A stretch of 49,577 nucleotides of DNA, filler included, from Sphacelaria rigidula (taxonomy: Eukaryota): assembly GCA_964200075.2 (NCBI GenBank). It is 2 parts of 2 records of this genome, joined end to end, with 100 filler letters (N's around TTAATTAATTAA, not from the genome) between each part and the next. Parts side by side here need not be neighbours in the genome. Positions count along the whole stretch, not along the records: positions 1 to 24,760 come from CAXNAA020000191.1; positions 24,861 to 49,577 come from CAXNAA020000192.1. One strand, written 5' to 3'. This document shows positions 23,917-36,900 of this stretch, piece after piece. Position numbers and translations under genes: made by a program. Under the pieces are notes generated by a model, which saw only the letters and a list, made by a program, of their open reading frames with translations, did not search any database and was not told the origin of the DNA. The first letter of the stretch is position 1. Each line of letters opens with the position of its first letter.

Positions 23917-24872
23917 GCGATGGCGCTGGTTCTTTCCAGCGTACGAACGCGGTCAAGCATGCAAACAACTTCGGCTCCGAACTGTCGGATAATGAGCCTC
24001 ATGACGTACTCCTCGGATATCTACAATGCCTTGTTTGTCGTGATCATTGTGCGTTCATTTCTTCCTTTCCCCGGAGCCAGCCCGTCGTCTCTAAGGGATC
24101 AACACGTCTCTCCCCCGGTGTGCTCCTTGCGCTTTACTACGAAGTCGTGAATCAGCACTCCTGCAGCTGTTCGCCTTTCTTGCAAATTGACGTTCTCGTG
24201 TTAAAACGACGGGATACACGAAACAGACTGTCGAGATATTGACCCACAAAATCCGTCCAAACTCTTTTTTAGTGTGGGGGTACGTACGAGTTTGACGGCT
24301 GGGGTGCGGCGGTAATGTAACCTTAACTTTGTGAGGAACACTTGCGATGTTTCGATTATGCCCGGAGGGCAGTGGTCGTCGTCGTATTCTTGACGCTTAT
24401 CCTTCCGCAAGTCACGGACGTGCTTGCAGGACGAATTATGCCCCCCGTTGTTGCTACCGGACGTGTCTGCGTTGAGATCCGGGAACGGCTTTCCTTCGTC
24501 GGTTTGCTGCTGTAGACGTCAATGTAATCTGAGCGAGGAATTCATTATTTGCGGTACTTGGAAAGGGGATCGGCAGGTCTCTGTTGAAATCAAATGCCAC
24601 GCATGCGCGCGTATGGTGTATTCGTTTTCTAGACGGGGTTCGGGCGAGGAGATACCTACGTGATTGAAAGCAGAGCAAGTGCGCCTGCCCAAACGTGCCA
24701 CATGAGTCGTAATCAACCCGCCAAGGCCGAAGTCGGTATTTGGTCATGTTTTTTTTTTTGNNNNNNNNNNNNNNNNNNNNNNNNNNNNNNNNNNNNNNNN
24801 NNNNTTAATTAATTAANNNNNNNNNNNNNNNNNNNNNNNNNNNNNNNNNNNNNNNNNNNNGGGGGGGGGGGG

Positions 24873-24921
<49 letters not shown>

Positions 24922-27900
24922 GTGAGAGTGAGGTTGAAGGTTCAAAGTTAAAAAAGAATGTGGGATAGCTGGAGGACTCCTGACGAACAACAGCACACAC
25001 TCCATCAACGGGTGAGATGCGCTCGAACCACAGCAAGAGAGACGCCGCACTTTTCACGACCTCAAAAAGACATGGCGACACGCAATTCAACACGTTCGAA
25101 TATCCGAACGAATGTGTTTCGAGAACACAAACGGGGGAGACTCGAAACCCATCACCTCTCAAGAGTGGTGACGGGCACAAGCACAATATCCAACCACATC
25201 GGACTGAAATTTGGGAAATCTCACTCCACGAACCTCAGAGCTTTTGACACTCGTCCAGCCTTGCTTTTCCCCATCCCTTGGAATAAAAAAAACACCGCTC
25301 CTATTACTCCATATCTTCTAGAAAATCCTAGGCAAGGGGTGTCACCCCATCGTTGCCATCCAAGACAAGATCCACGACCATTCAACGCCCGATCAACGCC
25401 CAAGCATACCAGAAAGACACTCGACACGATTTCAACAGCTCATAATTTCGCGTCTCGTCTCTTCGCCCATGTCGTGCGATTCCCCCACTTCCGGCTTCCA
25501 CCCCCACCCTAAACTGAGAAAGTATGAAAGGAGATAGGAGGAAACCAATACGAAAAACTGTCTATAGGTGAAGGCGCAGGGTAGGAAACGAAAGAAAAAG
25601 ATATGAAAAAATAAGGGGAAAAGAAGCGCTGAGACGCAAAGTAGAAGAGGAAGAACGCCTGAAGATATTCGGGGGGTTGAGAGAGGGGAGGAGGATGAAA
25701 ACAGATCTGCATGGCCCAATGGAAGCGGCGAAAAAATTGAAACTGCGATTTCGGTAGGGGGCCTGGACCTGCCGGAAATAAAAAGAGATATACGAGTAGT
25801 CGAGAGGAAGAGGAAGTAGATGCACAGAATTGCCCCTATGGAGAAGCAATAGAGAGCACTACTCATAAAAGTGGTAGAATCTGAAATATACAAGGAGGAG
25901 CGGGACATGCTAGAACGGAAAATGCGGGACGCGAAGGGAGGTGGCGTGGAATCATTCGATGCACTAGACAGTAACGAGAAAATGATGGCTATACCAGAAT
26001 ATATATTGTGGCCACAGACAGCGAAACAGGACGGGGATAAGACATGTCAAGTGTTTTTGTGTACTGTATGGTATAACCGTGATGAGCACCGGCACGTTGG
26101 AAGTGTCTTTATTAGAAGTAGGAACGGCGCTCCGTCTCGAGAGGGATGCGTGGTCAATAGCCAAACGACTAAGGCAAGCAACAAATGAGTAACCCCCCCT
26201 CCTCCGCCAAACCCTAATATTTTGCCTGCAGGCTGCCGCATCAATCAAGTACCTTTACTGGCAAAGCTACATCCGGCAGCGTGTAGACGAACCACTCCAT
26301 GAACGCCAGATAGTTTTCTCGCTGCACGACCCTGTCCGCAGGGTCTTCGTACACGCCCACCAGGAAGTACGCCAGAATTTCCGAACGCTGTGCATCGAAT
26401 ACCTCGGCCGCGTATCGATCGCTGTCGTCTGGCAGATAGTGGCTCTCTGTCATGCTGCAGTGAACGGGACGGATGTAGGTAGGTGCCGAGCAGTGGTGAG
26501 ATAAATGCCGAAAATTACTGACGTACGGCTTTCGGCACCGTATGCCTCACGTTCAGTACGGCGCACTTTCATTGAGTATCACGGTACGGTAACTCAATCG
26601 TGCAAGTTGTGTTCGCCAAAAGCAGGTGCGAAACACCCCCATCTTGAGGCTAGCACAAATCCGTGTGCGTGGAAATGTCACCACGAATGAGAGGTACAGC
26701 TCCGACCTCACCTCATTAGTCGGCACAGCAGGTCGAATGCCACCTCCGACGGGTTAGCCGTGAAGCATCCTACCCACACTGCAGCGCACACCTCCCTCAC
26801 TGAATTTTCCGAGAGCAGCAACACCTCTAGTGGCGGGATCAGGGTAGTGCATCCTTTTACCTGCACGAGCACAAAAAGGCAAATCCAAAGCCATAGGCGT
26901 GTGTGAGGGGGGGAGGAAACAAGGATGAAATGGAGCAGAAGAAAAAAGAAAGGGGGCTCGATTGCACGTGACATCGGTCCTTGGAAAACGTCCGCAGCAC
27001 GTGTGGATGACCGGCCGGTAGAACGATGGTATAATAGCTCATACTACTGCATGAGCCACGCGTTGACTTTTCGTGTACACATTTAGTTGCGCCATAGTTC
27101 CAAACCCTTTCATAGCCGCAGCGCAAATGCTTTTTCATCAAAAAAATGTACTCAAAACTTGGCCAGTCACATTGGCACATTACTCGCCGACCGAAGTAAA
27201 ACGGTAAAAGATCAGCGTCAATGATGGAACTGTAGCGTGGATGAACTGTGTGCTAGAGGGAAACGCGTCCGCCCAGGTATCATAGTGCAACCATCTGTGC
27301 GGGCACGGCTCAAGAGCACGGTGGTTCATGAGCAAGTAGTTTTGGGGGGGGGTAATTATTTGATTTTAGTGAAGAAAAAGTACTGCTCGCCACTAGCCCC
27401 TCCAAGGCCTCTCGACAGCAGGTGCACCTGCATAAAAAGGCATTTGAGCCCACATAGATCAACATATTTATTGTACAACGAAAGCAGCACGTACGCGAGG
27501 GAGGGAAAAGGCTGGCAAGCACGCAACGACCAGCTGGTGCAGCGAGGGATTTGGTGTAGCACGCCCCCTATGTCGAGTTATCGACGGTGGCGGATGTGTC
27601 CCTGCGATCAGCGTACTCTTGTATTGCGTTTGCCTCCAGGTCAATCAAACGTGCCCATCGACTAGAAGTGTGCTGTGGCTGCCCACCCATCAGGCCATAC
27701 TGGCCTGTATCACCAGTACTCAACAGTAGCGATAGACACGTTACTTTCTGCCATCACGAACACGTGACTCTCTGTGGACACGTATTCCCAACATATGTCG
27801 CCGTTTCACTCGCATCACGTCGGGCGCAACCTCTGCGACGAGCACGATGCGTACGAGGCTTCTGCGTTGCACGGTGACTATTGCACTGCACCGCCTGTGC

Positions 27901-30900
27901 TATGCATGAATGTTCCGCCGGCACTATAGAGCTCAACCTACGTAGCTCTACTACTGCACTGCGTTTTTCATTCGCAAGAGTTTTACCACCTCGCGCCTCC
28001 GAGATTTTCATTCGGCACCACTTGCATTTTGAGTCAAATCGATTCACTGGTATGCAAAGGTCACATTTACGGCACGTTGCGGCACGCACCGTGCCGCAAC
28101 GCGTTCTCCCTCGAATCAGCACCTGGGCGCCGACTCGAACAAAAACGACGCACACTTCTCTCATGTACTCACATTTTTCTTGCTCGAGGGCTCATGGTCC
28201 TCCTTCGTTGGGGTTAGGTGAGGTTAGGATTAGCGCCAGCGTTAGGGTTAGGGTTAGGGTACACTAAGGTTAGTCTTTGTGTCAAGATCCAAAAGCGCCA
28301 GAGGTGACAGACGACTCTCCGTGTATTGTTGACCTACCTGCACGTACGTGCCGTATGTGTCTTGTACATTCTGAGTGTTACGCCGGTTATAGAGACGTTG
28401 ACTACGCCCGCTAACGACCAACACCTCCAACGGACCTTTTCGGTCGCTGGTAGTCCATGGTTGCTCACGGGTTAGCTTGACCCCTTTTTGTCGGAAAGAA
28501 CTCGTGTTTTATTCTCAAGGGATCAACGTATCTTGCACCCGGCTCGTACCAAAACGTAGTATACTATCGAACAGGGGATGATGAACCATCAGCGCTCCAG
28601 AATCTCGTCGACCGTCGTCGAACCTTTTGTTGACACATGTCCTTCCGTCTTTCGCGGCGGAAACTAATGAATTAAAACCACTCCTGTAGCTATTCTAGTT
28701 CCAACCTGGCCAGTAATGAACGAACCACCAAGGCGCATGTCGCACAAGTTCAATACCACCACAGCGAGAGGCTGCGACAACGCCAGCAGAGTATAGTTTG
28801 TTTTTGGATGTGTGTTCGACATGGTCATTTTGTTCTTCTTCATCCACTATTTACTGTATCTTCTCGTCTCCAACTATTTGGCTCGATCCACTCTAGCCTC
28901 TCGGCGCTTTTTTCACACACAACCTCTCGAAAAGTCTATGAAACTATGCTCCAAAACAGTCATGACGTGGCACTACTCAGATCACCTAGAACGATATAGA
29001 AACGAGACAATTTCACAGCGAAGCCGCCAATCCACGCACACACGCACGCATACCTTGAGGGCATTAGCCGTGAACGTGTTGTGGTCCATGCACGGCGTGC
29101 CCGATCGCGCGCAGTCTTGTGGCACATTGTACTGGTAAATGGGGTTGCATGGTTGCGCCTGGTAGTCTAGCGAGATGGTCCACTGTCCAGTGAAGGGGTC
29201 ATTAAACAGCCAGGCCGATCGCAGCTGCGTCTCCGTTCCGCCGCCACCCCATCGATCTCGCACTGGCCAAGGATGCGCTTGCATCTGCTTCCAACAGCAG
29301 CACAACGCAGAAGGGAGGGGGAAAATGTTGCGAGTGAAATAAAGAAGCAAAAATGGAGTAAAATAAGCATAAGAGAACACAAATCGAGGAAGAAACACAA
29401 CACAAAAATACGCGGGTCTCGACCTTCAATGGTGTGAAGGAAGGATGGTCACGTTAAGGTATACCGGAGCAAAATGAAGACGGACTGTTTCAGGAACACA
29501 TGCTGCAGCAGTGTAAACTGCCTAAAATAAGGCCATCCGATCGACCCGAGACATCAAAATATTAGATCCATGATTGCAACCCTTGCAGGTGTACCTGAAA
29601 GGGTCTACTTTTCTTCTGACTATACCTCAACCTAAGGGAAGTACCTGGAAGTGGCGAACAGAAACTACCTGGATTTTGCTTGGAACCTTCACAACAAACT
29701 CTGCAAAAGCAACCGGCTCCTTTTGCCTCCCCACTAGGGACGTTTCGAACGCGGCAATGCTCGATAGAAATCTCAATCCACATAGTAGAATGAAGACACG
29801 GGCAGTTCCTATTTTGAAAAAATCGCGCACTGCACTGTGTTGCGCTGTTGCGCACCACGGAAACACCCGATGATGACCGTACACGTGTGTTCGTGCGGTG
29901 ACGTTTGCCACCCAACCTTACCCCATGCTCAAGAAAAGCACCAACACAATGAACCCAATGGCAAATTGAAACCACACACGCACGTACACCAGTACTCGAG
30001 TGCGAGCGCGATAAACAGCACAGCGGTCGTGGCTAGAGAATATTGGAGATACGAAAAATGGACGCAGCAGACCTGCCGGTAGAGGAACTTCTTGTTGTGC
30101 GTGACGGTCTGCTTCTCGTACATGCCCAGCACGCGTCCGAACACGCCCGATCGCTCGGTCTCGAAGACATAAACAATGTCGCTGTTCGGCCTCCAGTTCA
30201 GAGTGAAGTCTTTGATCAGTCGGTCTTTTGGGGGTTTCACCTGTCAGCGACCGAAGAGAGAGGGAGAGAGAGAGAAATTAAAACAATTTTGTTCGCGGTC
30301 GATGTGGGTACCCTTCGTGTTCAGCGCAACTTCTTCACCCCACCTAGCTCCGGATTGGCCTTCACACGGGACTTCGAGGTGGACCGAACTCGCCGTTGGT
30401 GAACAATCACTTCAGATACGCATCGCTAGACAAGAGGCAGACTGCGAAAAAAACACGGCAGCGGTTCTCTCTAGCACGTCTTGGCCAAAAAATAAAATCA
30501 TTTGGTGCTGCCCACGGAATATATGGGGCAAGACACCCTGCGAAAAATGCGACCAAAACAGCACGCCTGATGTCATGACAAGAGTGTACACAACCGTCGT
30601 GGACAGCAAATATCCCCCCCCCCCTCGCCCCCCCAGCTCGCGCTTCATTCCACTCGCCAAACACATCACGGCGCTTCGCGCTTGGTGATAGGTTGTGAGC
30701 CTGGCTCGGCGAAAACCCAGCGTGCTCCGTCCCGGCTTCGTAGGGATGCGAGATCAATGGTATATGACCATGGCATGCAAAATCATGAGTACAGCCCCCC
30801 ACACATACCTACCCGACCTGCGACCTACAGAATGTCTGTGTGCCCACGGCTGTTCACTCCATACCCACCTCACAACCGTGTTGGAACTCTATCTCCATGA

Positions 30901-33900
30901 TACGGTGCTCGATCCCGTTGTCACTTGTCCATTCGTGACAGTTACTGGTCGGATACAGCATCGGCCCCTCGGGGGAAAGCTCCAGTTCCCACCAATGATT
31001 GGGCACGCGATCCTTTTTGCCCCCCCCGGGTGTGCCCGCTCCCCCAGATGACCCCCCCACCGCCGGGGCGCCGTCGGCAGAAGCAGCTGAGCCTCTGCTG
31101 CGTCCTGCCCCGCCGGAGGTGGGCACGATGGTACCCACGCCCCCGCCCACGCCCTCCCTGGGAAGGACGAGGATAAGGACGGGGCGGGGTCACAACAAAA
31201 GGGGGCGATGGTTTGCATCAAACTCTGATGATATACTCAGATCGGGGTGACCTTCGCTTCCCTTTTCCTCTTTCTGCAATTAAATTTTTGAGTCTCGCAT
31301 ATGTATCTACACGATTCACGCACTAAACAAAAACGCTCACTTACGTGTACGTACATTCAAAACAGACTTGTGGGTGTGTGTCTCTACTGTGAGGGGTGTT
31401 GGGTCAAATCGCACTGATGAAAAAATGTCGTAATTCTGTGCAAGAACTTTAAACGCATTCATTTTGGGGCGAGGACCACGATCATCCCTTCAACAGGGGG
31501 GCGCAATGTTTTCAGTCTCGACTATACCGATGCACCACTTTATACCTTGATTGCTAAAATCTATTCAGGGTCAAAAGGGTTAACAGATGGACATCTAGTG
31601 TCATCCTTGTCGGCCAAGCGATGAAAAAGGTGACGTGAACCACATCTCGAGTATCAGTTCAGTGCACTGCTTTTTACATATATATCATCAGCGTCCCATC
31701 ACGAAAGGACAAACCCCCCTCTACAGGATTGAAAGTACGATCGTGCACAAGCGTGCGCTTGTTTCCCCCCCCATTTTTCGAGCCCTTGCGCACCGGAACT
31801 CTTTCCGGAAGCGCATCACCGGTCACTCTTCGACACTGGAACATGATCCCGACGCTGTAGCTGAGCTGCTCCTATACGTATGCGAGAGCACCACTCCCGA
31901 TAAAAAAACGTACGGTGTACTTTTGTAGTTCCCAGCAAAGCCTCGACTCATGAGCATCGTTCTTCCGTCCAGCAACCTGGCGGCTGAGGGTCCCTGCCCT
32001 TAAGCGCGGCCTTCAGATGGATGAGTCGCAACTTGCTTCGACAGCCTTCCTCATTGCAGGGTTTTCTCACTTCAAGATCTGGCATGGGCCTGTCAAGGGG
32101 TTTCCTTTCAAGGTCTTCTTGAACTGCCGTCTGATTTCACCGTTCTTCTCCATTCCACCTAACCTGTGTCCTCAGTCTTTCCTCTTCAACTTTGCCGATT
32201 TTCTCAACTTGTTCATTTCACGAATGCTCACGTATGCTTGTCTTTACATTACTTTAGGTACTATGCGTACGTCCCATCACGTGAACCGCGGCTTGATCCG
32301 TAGCAAATCCACCGAAATGTTCGATTATCAGTCTCATCATCGATCACTGCTTAACCAAGGCAGTTTTTCTCCACACACTCGACAGGTAGCACCACGGGTA
32401 GTTGTGAATAAGTGCCGCCGGGCGCCAAATGGATGCAACTCCATTTTCTTGCTACATCATATCATGTTACGACGCGCCCTGGTGGTGTAATAGGCCATTT
32501 GGCCATCGCGAGAGGTCGGGCAAGGTCTACTTGTAATCAGATGAGACATGTGATGAAAAAAAAACGCTCAGAAGGGGGGGGATGGTTCGCTATCATTCCC
32601 GTTTGTGTGAAATCGTGTAAAATCCAGCTTAGTTGCACCCGGCCACGGGGAATAATCGGGAGTATGACCTGGAGACGTTGAAAACGCATACCCGCAGTGA
32701 AAAGAATCGGCATGCTGGGCATGTTCACGGCAGGAACGCCCCGGACATCGCATGTAGAAGCTCCGACATCCATTTCTGTTGGGCGGGATGGTACCCCATT
32801 GTTGCTGCCATCAAAGAGGTGCCGAATCACAGCATCTCTCTCCGGAGTGTTGAAATTATTGCGTCTTGACATCGAGGAATCACTCCCAGTCGATGACATA
32901 ACTCAGCAGAAGGTGGGGAGGCTCTTCAACCGAGAGTCGAAGCTGGGGTGTTGATTTCAACGACTTGAGGTGGGACTGGACACGCGGTTTCGGTAGGTAC
33001 TGTAAAGAGACCGGTTCTGTGCGTTCCGCGCAAGTGCGGCGAAACCGAGGGAAAAAACGGTTCGGGACAAGAGTGAAATAGGCCCGAGTTAAGACGCATT
33101 TTGGCCTTACCGATCTTATATTACGGAACGGAGGGAGTATATTTTAGGAGGAGGATTCGCAGATTCAAATCAAGCCGCAAGCTCTCGGTTTGACACACGC
33201 TGAAACAAACTAACTGATTTCCGCAGCCAATCGAGCTCGAGGTGATCGCATACATACCTCCAAGATGCAGAGTCCCTGGGTCGTTTACGAAGTGGGTCCT
33301 CCTCCACGGGACTGCCACCGTTCGACATCTCTCCCTTGACTACCCCACCACCTCCCTGACGGCCTTGAGCACCACCAGCGCCTGCCCACGATATCTCGCT
33401 TGACCCCCTCCTGCCCGCCCCCCCTGGCGACCCCATCGCAGAGCCGGATGACGAGAACATTCTCGATCCTTGCATTGGGAGAAAAGAAAAGTCGAAGACA
33501 GTATCTTGTTTCGATTGTCGCGGCCGGGGAGAGGGCCAAGAATTATGTAGTTAACCAAGCGCAGAAACGATGGAGGGGGTTCGAGAGTTCCTCTCTCGCC
33601 TTCGGTAGGGCGCACACTCGATATGCGGACTTTGCATCATTTGTTCAAGCCATGCTGTTCACAAGGGAGCAGAGTCCCATGAGACGTGCCTAGAGTACAG
33701 TAGCTGCTTCGGCAAACAGTGATGCAGTACAAGTTCAATCGCGTCCGGGTACATGAACAGAGCAATTCGGGATCCAAGACACTCATGACTCAATTTTGTG
33801 TTTTTGCTGCTCTGAAAAAATGCCATCAAACGGTTGTGACTGATGCCACGTTTCAACCACTGGCCAAATTCGGTGTCAACCTGAAAAACGTACAACGCAT

Positions 33901-36900
33901 CAGTCAGATTGAAATCCAAGCGTCCCTACTGCGCATATATATACCATTGATTCCAAGCGCCAATTTTTTACTCGCTCTCATTGGCTTCACCCAGTGAAGA
34001 AAATCATGACTGACCACAATAAAACCGTGGTCGGCACGTCGTGGAGGGGACACTGCACGAACCTGATTGACTACCAGATGGAGAAGCCCCCGACGTGTCT
34101 CCACCTTCACCACTCCCACCATTTTTGCTGTTCGCTCCCGTCCCCGACAGGCCTCCAAAGAGCCGAGAGGATCCGGAGCCCGGTGACGCCGACGCGTGCA
34201 GGCCGGGTACCGCGAAGACTCCGTCGGGCTGGATTTTAGACAGTACGAGGAAAAAACTCATGAAAACATGATGAGAGACCAATCACTATGCGCTTGATAG
34301 ACTTTCATCACTACTCACGTGGTGGATCAACAGTTGGAAGGCGAGACGTGGAGGTGAAATATATGTTCATGGAACTTGTCGCCTTGTCCCCTCTTCGATT
34401 ACAAAATTGCAGAGAAAAGTGTATTATGCTCTCTGTATTCACGACATATTTTCTCCGTATTTTCGGGAATTCTGGAGTAATAGTGTGGATCGATAAGCTC
34501 TTGATGATGCCACGCCAGTTATATTTTGACAAAGATTTCACAGAATACCATGATGGTTTCGAGATTAGCTGAACTGAGATTTCTTGAGGCTCGCGTATGG
34601 AAGATGACCCTCTGGCCAAGGGGACCATGAGTGTCTCACGACGGCCGTCACGGGTATAACAATTACCTCAGGAGACGAACAAAAGGGCAGGCATGCTGAG
34701 CACCCACCAAACACCCGTCCACTTACAAATCCCACCACTGCACCATGCAATCTGCCTCGCAAAAATGACATCAAAAATAAAATAAAAGCGTTACCTGCAG
34801 TTTTTGCGAATTCATCGCGTATTGCTGTTGCTGCTGCTGCTGCTGCGTCCATTGAGATTCATTGCCGTCTTCCTGCTTCTGCGCCGACGCGATCTGCGAG
34901 GGTCGTCGTTTGTTCACCTTCGCCTTTGCTGGCTGACACGATACAGTCACAACGCCCAAGTGCGAGTTATCCCGGATACGAGTTTCCCAGATGTATCTGC
35001 ATCACGGAGGAAAAGAAGTTCAAGGAAGAGAGCCGACGACACACAGAGGGGAAAATAATTAAAACAGCACCCTCTAGTGAAATATTTGCACCAAGTATGG
35101 GAAATAGATGCTCGTGTTGCTGCGACGTCGGCTCTCTGTGGCAGAGCAGGCGAGGAGCTTGCTCAGGTCATCCTGTCGCCTCTCGGCCCGCCCCTCTCGC
35201 CCCTGCGTTGGAATATGATGAAATAGAAAATACCAATTTCATCGACAACTGTCATCTCAGATATCACTTTATACAGGTCTCGACAAACACGAGCTAGTCC
35301 TATCTGCGATCGACCAAAATCTGGGAGCTACATGATCTTCCAGGTTTCAGAATCCTCATCTCAAGACAGACTTTCCCCCCAAGGGCGCCTGCGTGGTTGT
35401 TCCGTGACATTTAGCGTATCTCCAGCCCCTCCATAGCGCGGTACATTTGCGGGACCGCTGACCCCGTCAACAGCAGCTCACGTAGCACAGCCTCAGTCCG
35501 ATGTGTGATACATCCAACGTTCCGTTTTACTTGCTTCATGAACAGTCTGCGACCAAGAATGACTCGTCAACAAAATCTCCACGTAAAAAAGGAGAACGAG
35601 GGGTGTACCACTGCTGAAATACAAAAAACAGCGGAGCAGAGAACCATCTTTGACGGCTACAAAACATGACGCAAGTATATATGCGCGGCAGCCCACGTGG
35701 GCTTGGAAATAGCGTAGTTCATCGACTGTTGTGGACCCTGCGCTTTTGCGGACCATTATTTGTGAACAGAGCTTTGGTGTACGGTTCAGTGCGGGGGACT
35801 ACAGGCATTACAGAGTGAAGTACTACGACTGCACAAGGCCTTGGGTTCCACGACACTATTGATGCATCTCTTTACAGTGCGGTGAAACTTACAGTATAAG
35901 ACCATTGCGCAACTTAGGCCAATTGTTGTCTATACCCCGAGTCCCTTACCGAATACGACCCTCGCAGGTGTCACGACTTGGCCCGTCTATTCGCATGTAG
36001 TGATGCAGCGCTAGCTCGAAGTGGTCCCTTCGCATGCCAGCGCGCGCCCGCCAGTCTACTCGCACTTTTTTGTAGTCCTAGCAGCAAGGTGAGAAAAAAA
36101 ATGTCGATGGCAGACCACAGTGAGTCAACGCATCACTCGTGCATTACGCTAGCTAACTTCTCGACAATTTTTTTTCGGTCGGTCTGTTCACAGATCAAAT
36201 TTCGATGCACGCATGGTGCATTCGATTGATTGTCTCGCATGAACAGATGTTTGACCACTCCAGACATGGAAACAGGATAGATGAGCGTACATCCCAAAGT
36301 AGATGAAGACGGAAACGCGGGTCGACGGGATCTCGAAAAAAGTGACGAAGTTGAGAACAAAAACACAAAACACGAAGGCAGAGAAAAGTGGAGGGGAAGA
36401 CACAAGAAAATAACAACACGCTCAAGAAGATGACTAAAAAGTAACATGTCGATCCCGAGACACATACCCCGAGAGGCTAGTGTCAGGGCTTGAGGTATGG
36501 AGACTGCAAAAAGCAACGCCATGGGAGCAAGTTACGACTCAGTCATCTAAAGCCCACACCATTTCGGCAGGGACTCTCATCCGCCAGTCTAGCTCATCTA
36601 GTCCAAGCTTTTGCCCTACCCCCAGTGTGGGAATGAGTGGAAAACCCGTCTCATATCGACGGTACATGATAACACAGTGTGTGTGCGTGGGTGCGTGCTC
36701 AACCATTAGTGTCTCGGTGCATGGACGCGCTAACCAAGGAACCGAGGGTAGCAAACACAGAACACGTTGATGACCATACTTGTACTCGGACAACGGCTCA
36801 TTTCTCACCCCATGGCCGATAGTGTGCGTGGCATGTGAAAACTCGTCGCGCTCAGCCCGAGTGGTTATCGAGTGCGTCCTGTACGGGTGTACTGCCCGCC

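Noticed and set aside
24805..24920. TTAATTAATTAA palindrome and poly-Pro/poly-G ORFs
   Set aside because: Artificial scaffold linker within Ns; the poly-G at a contig edge has unreliable length.
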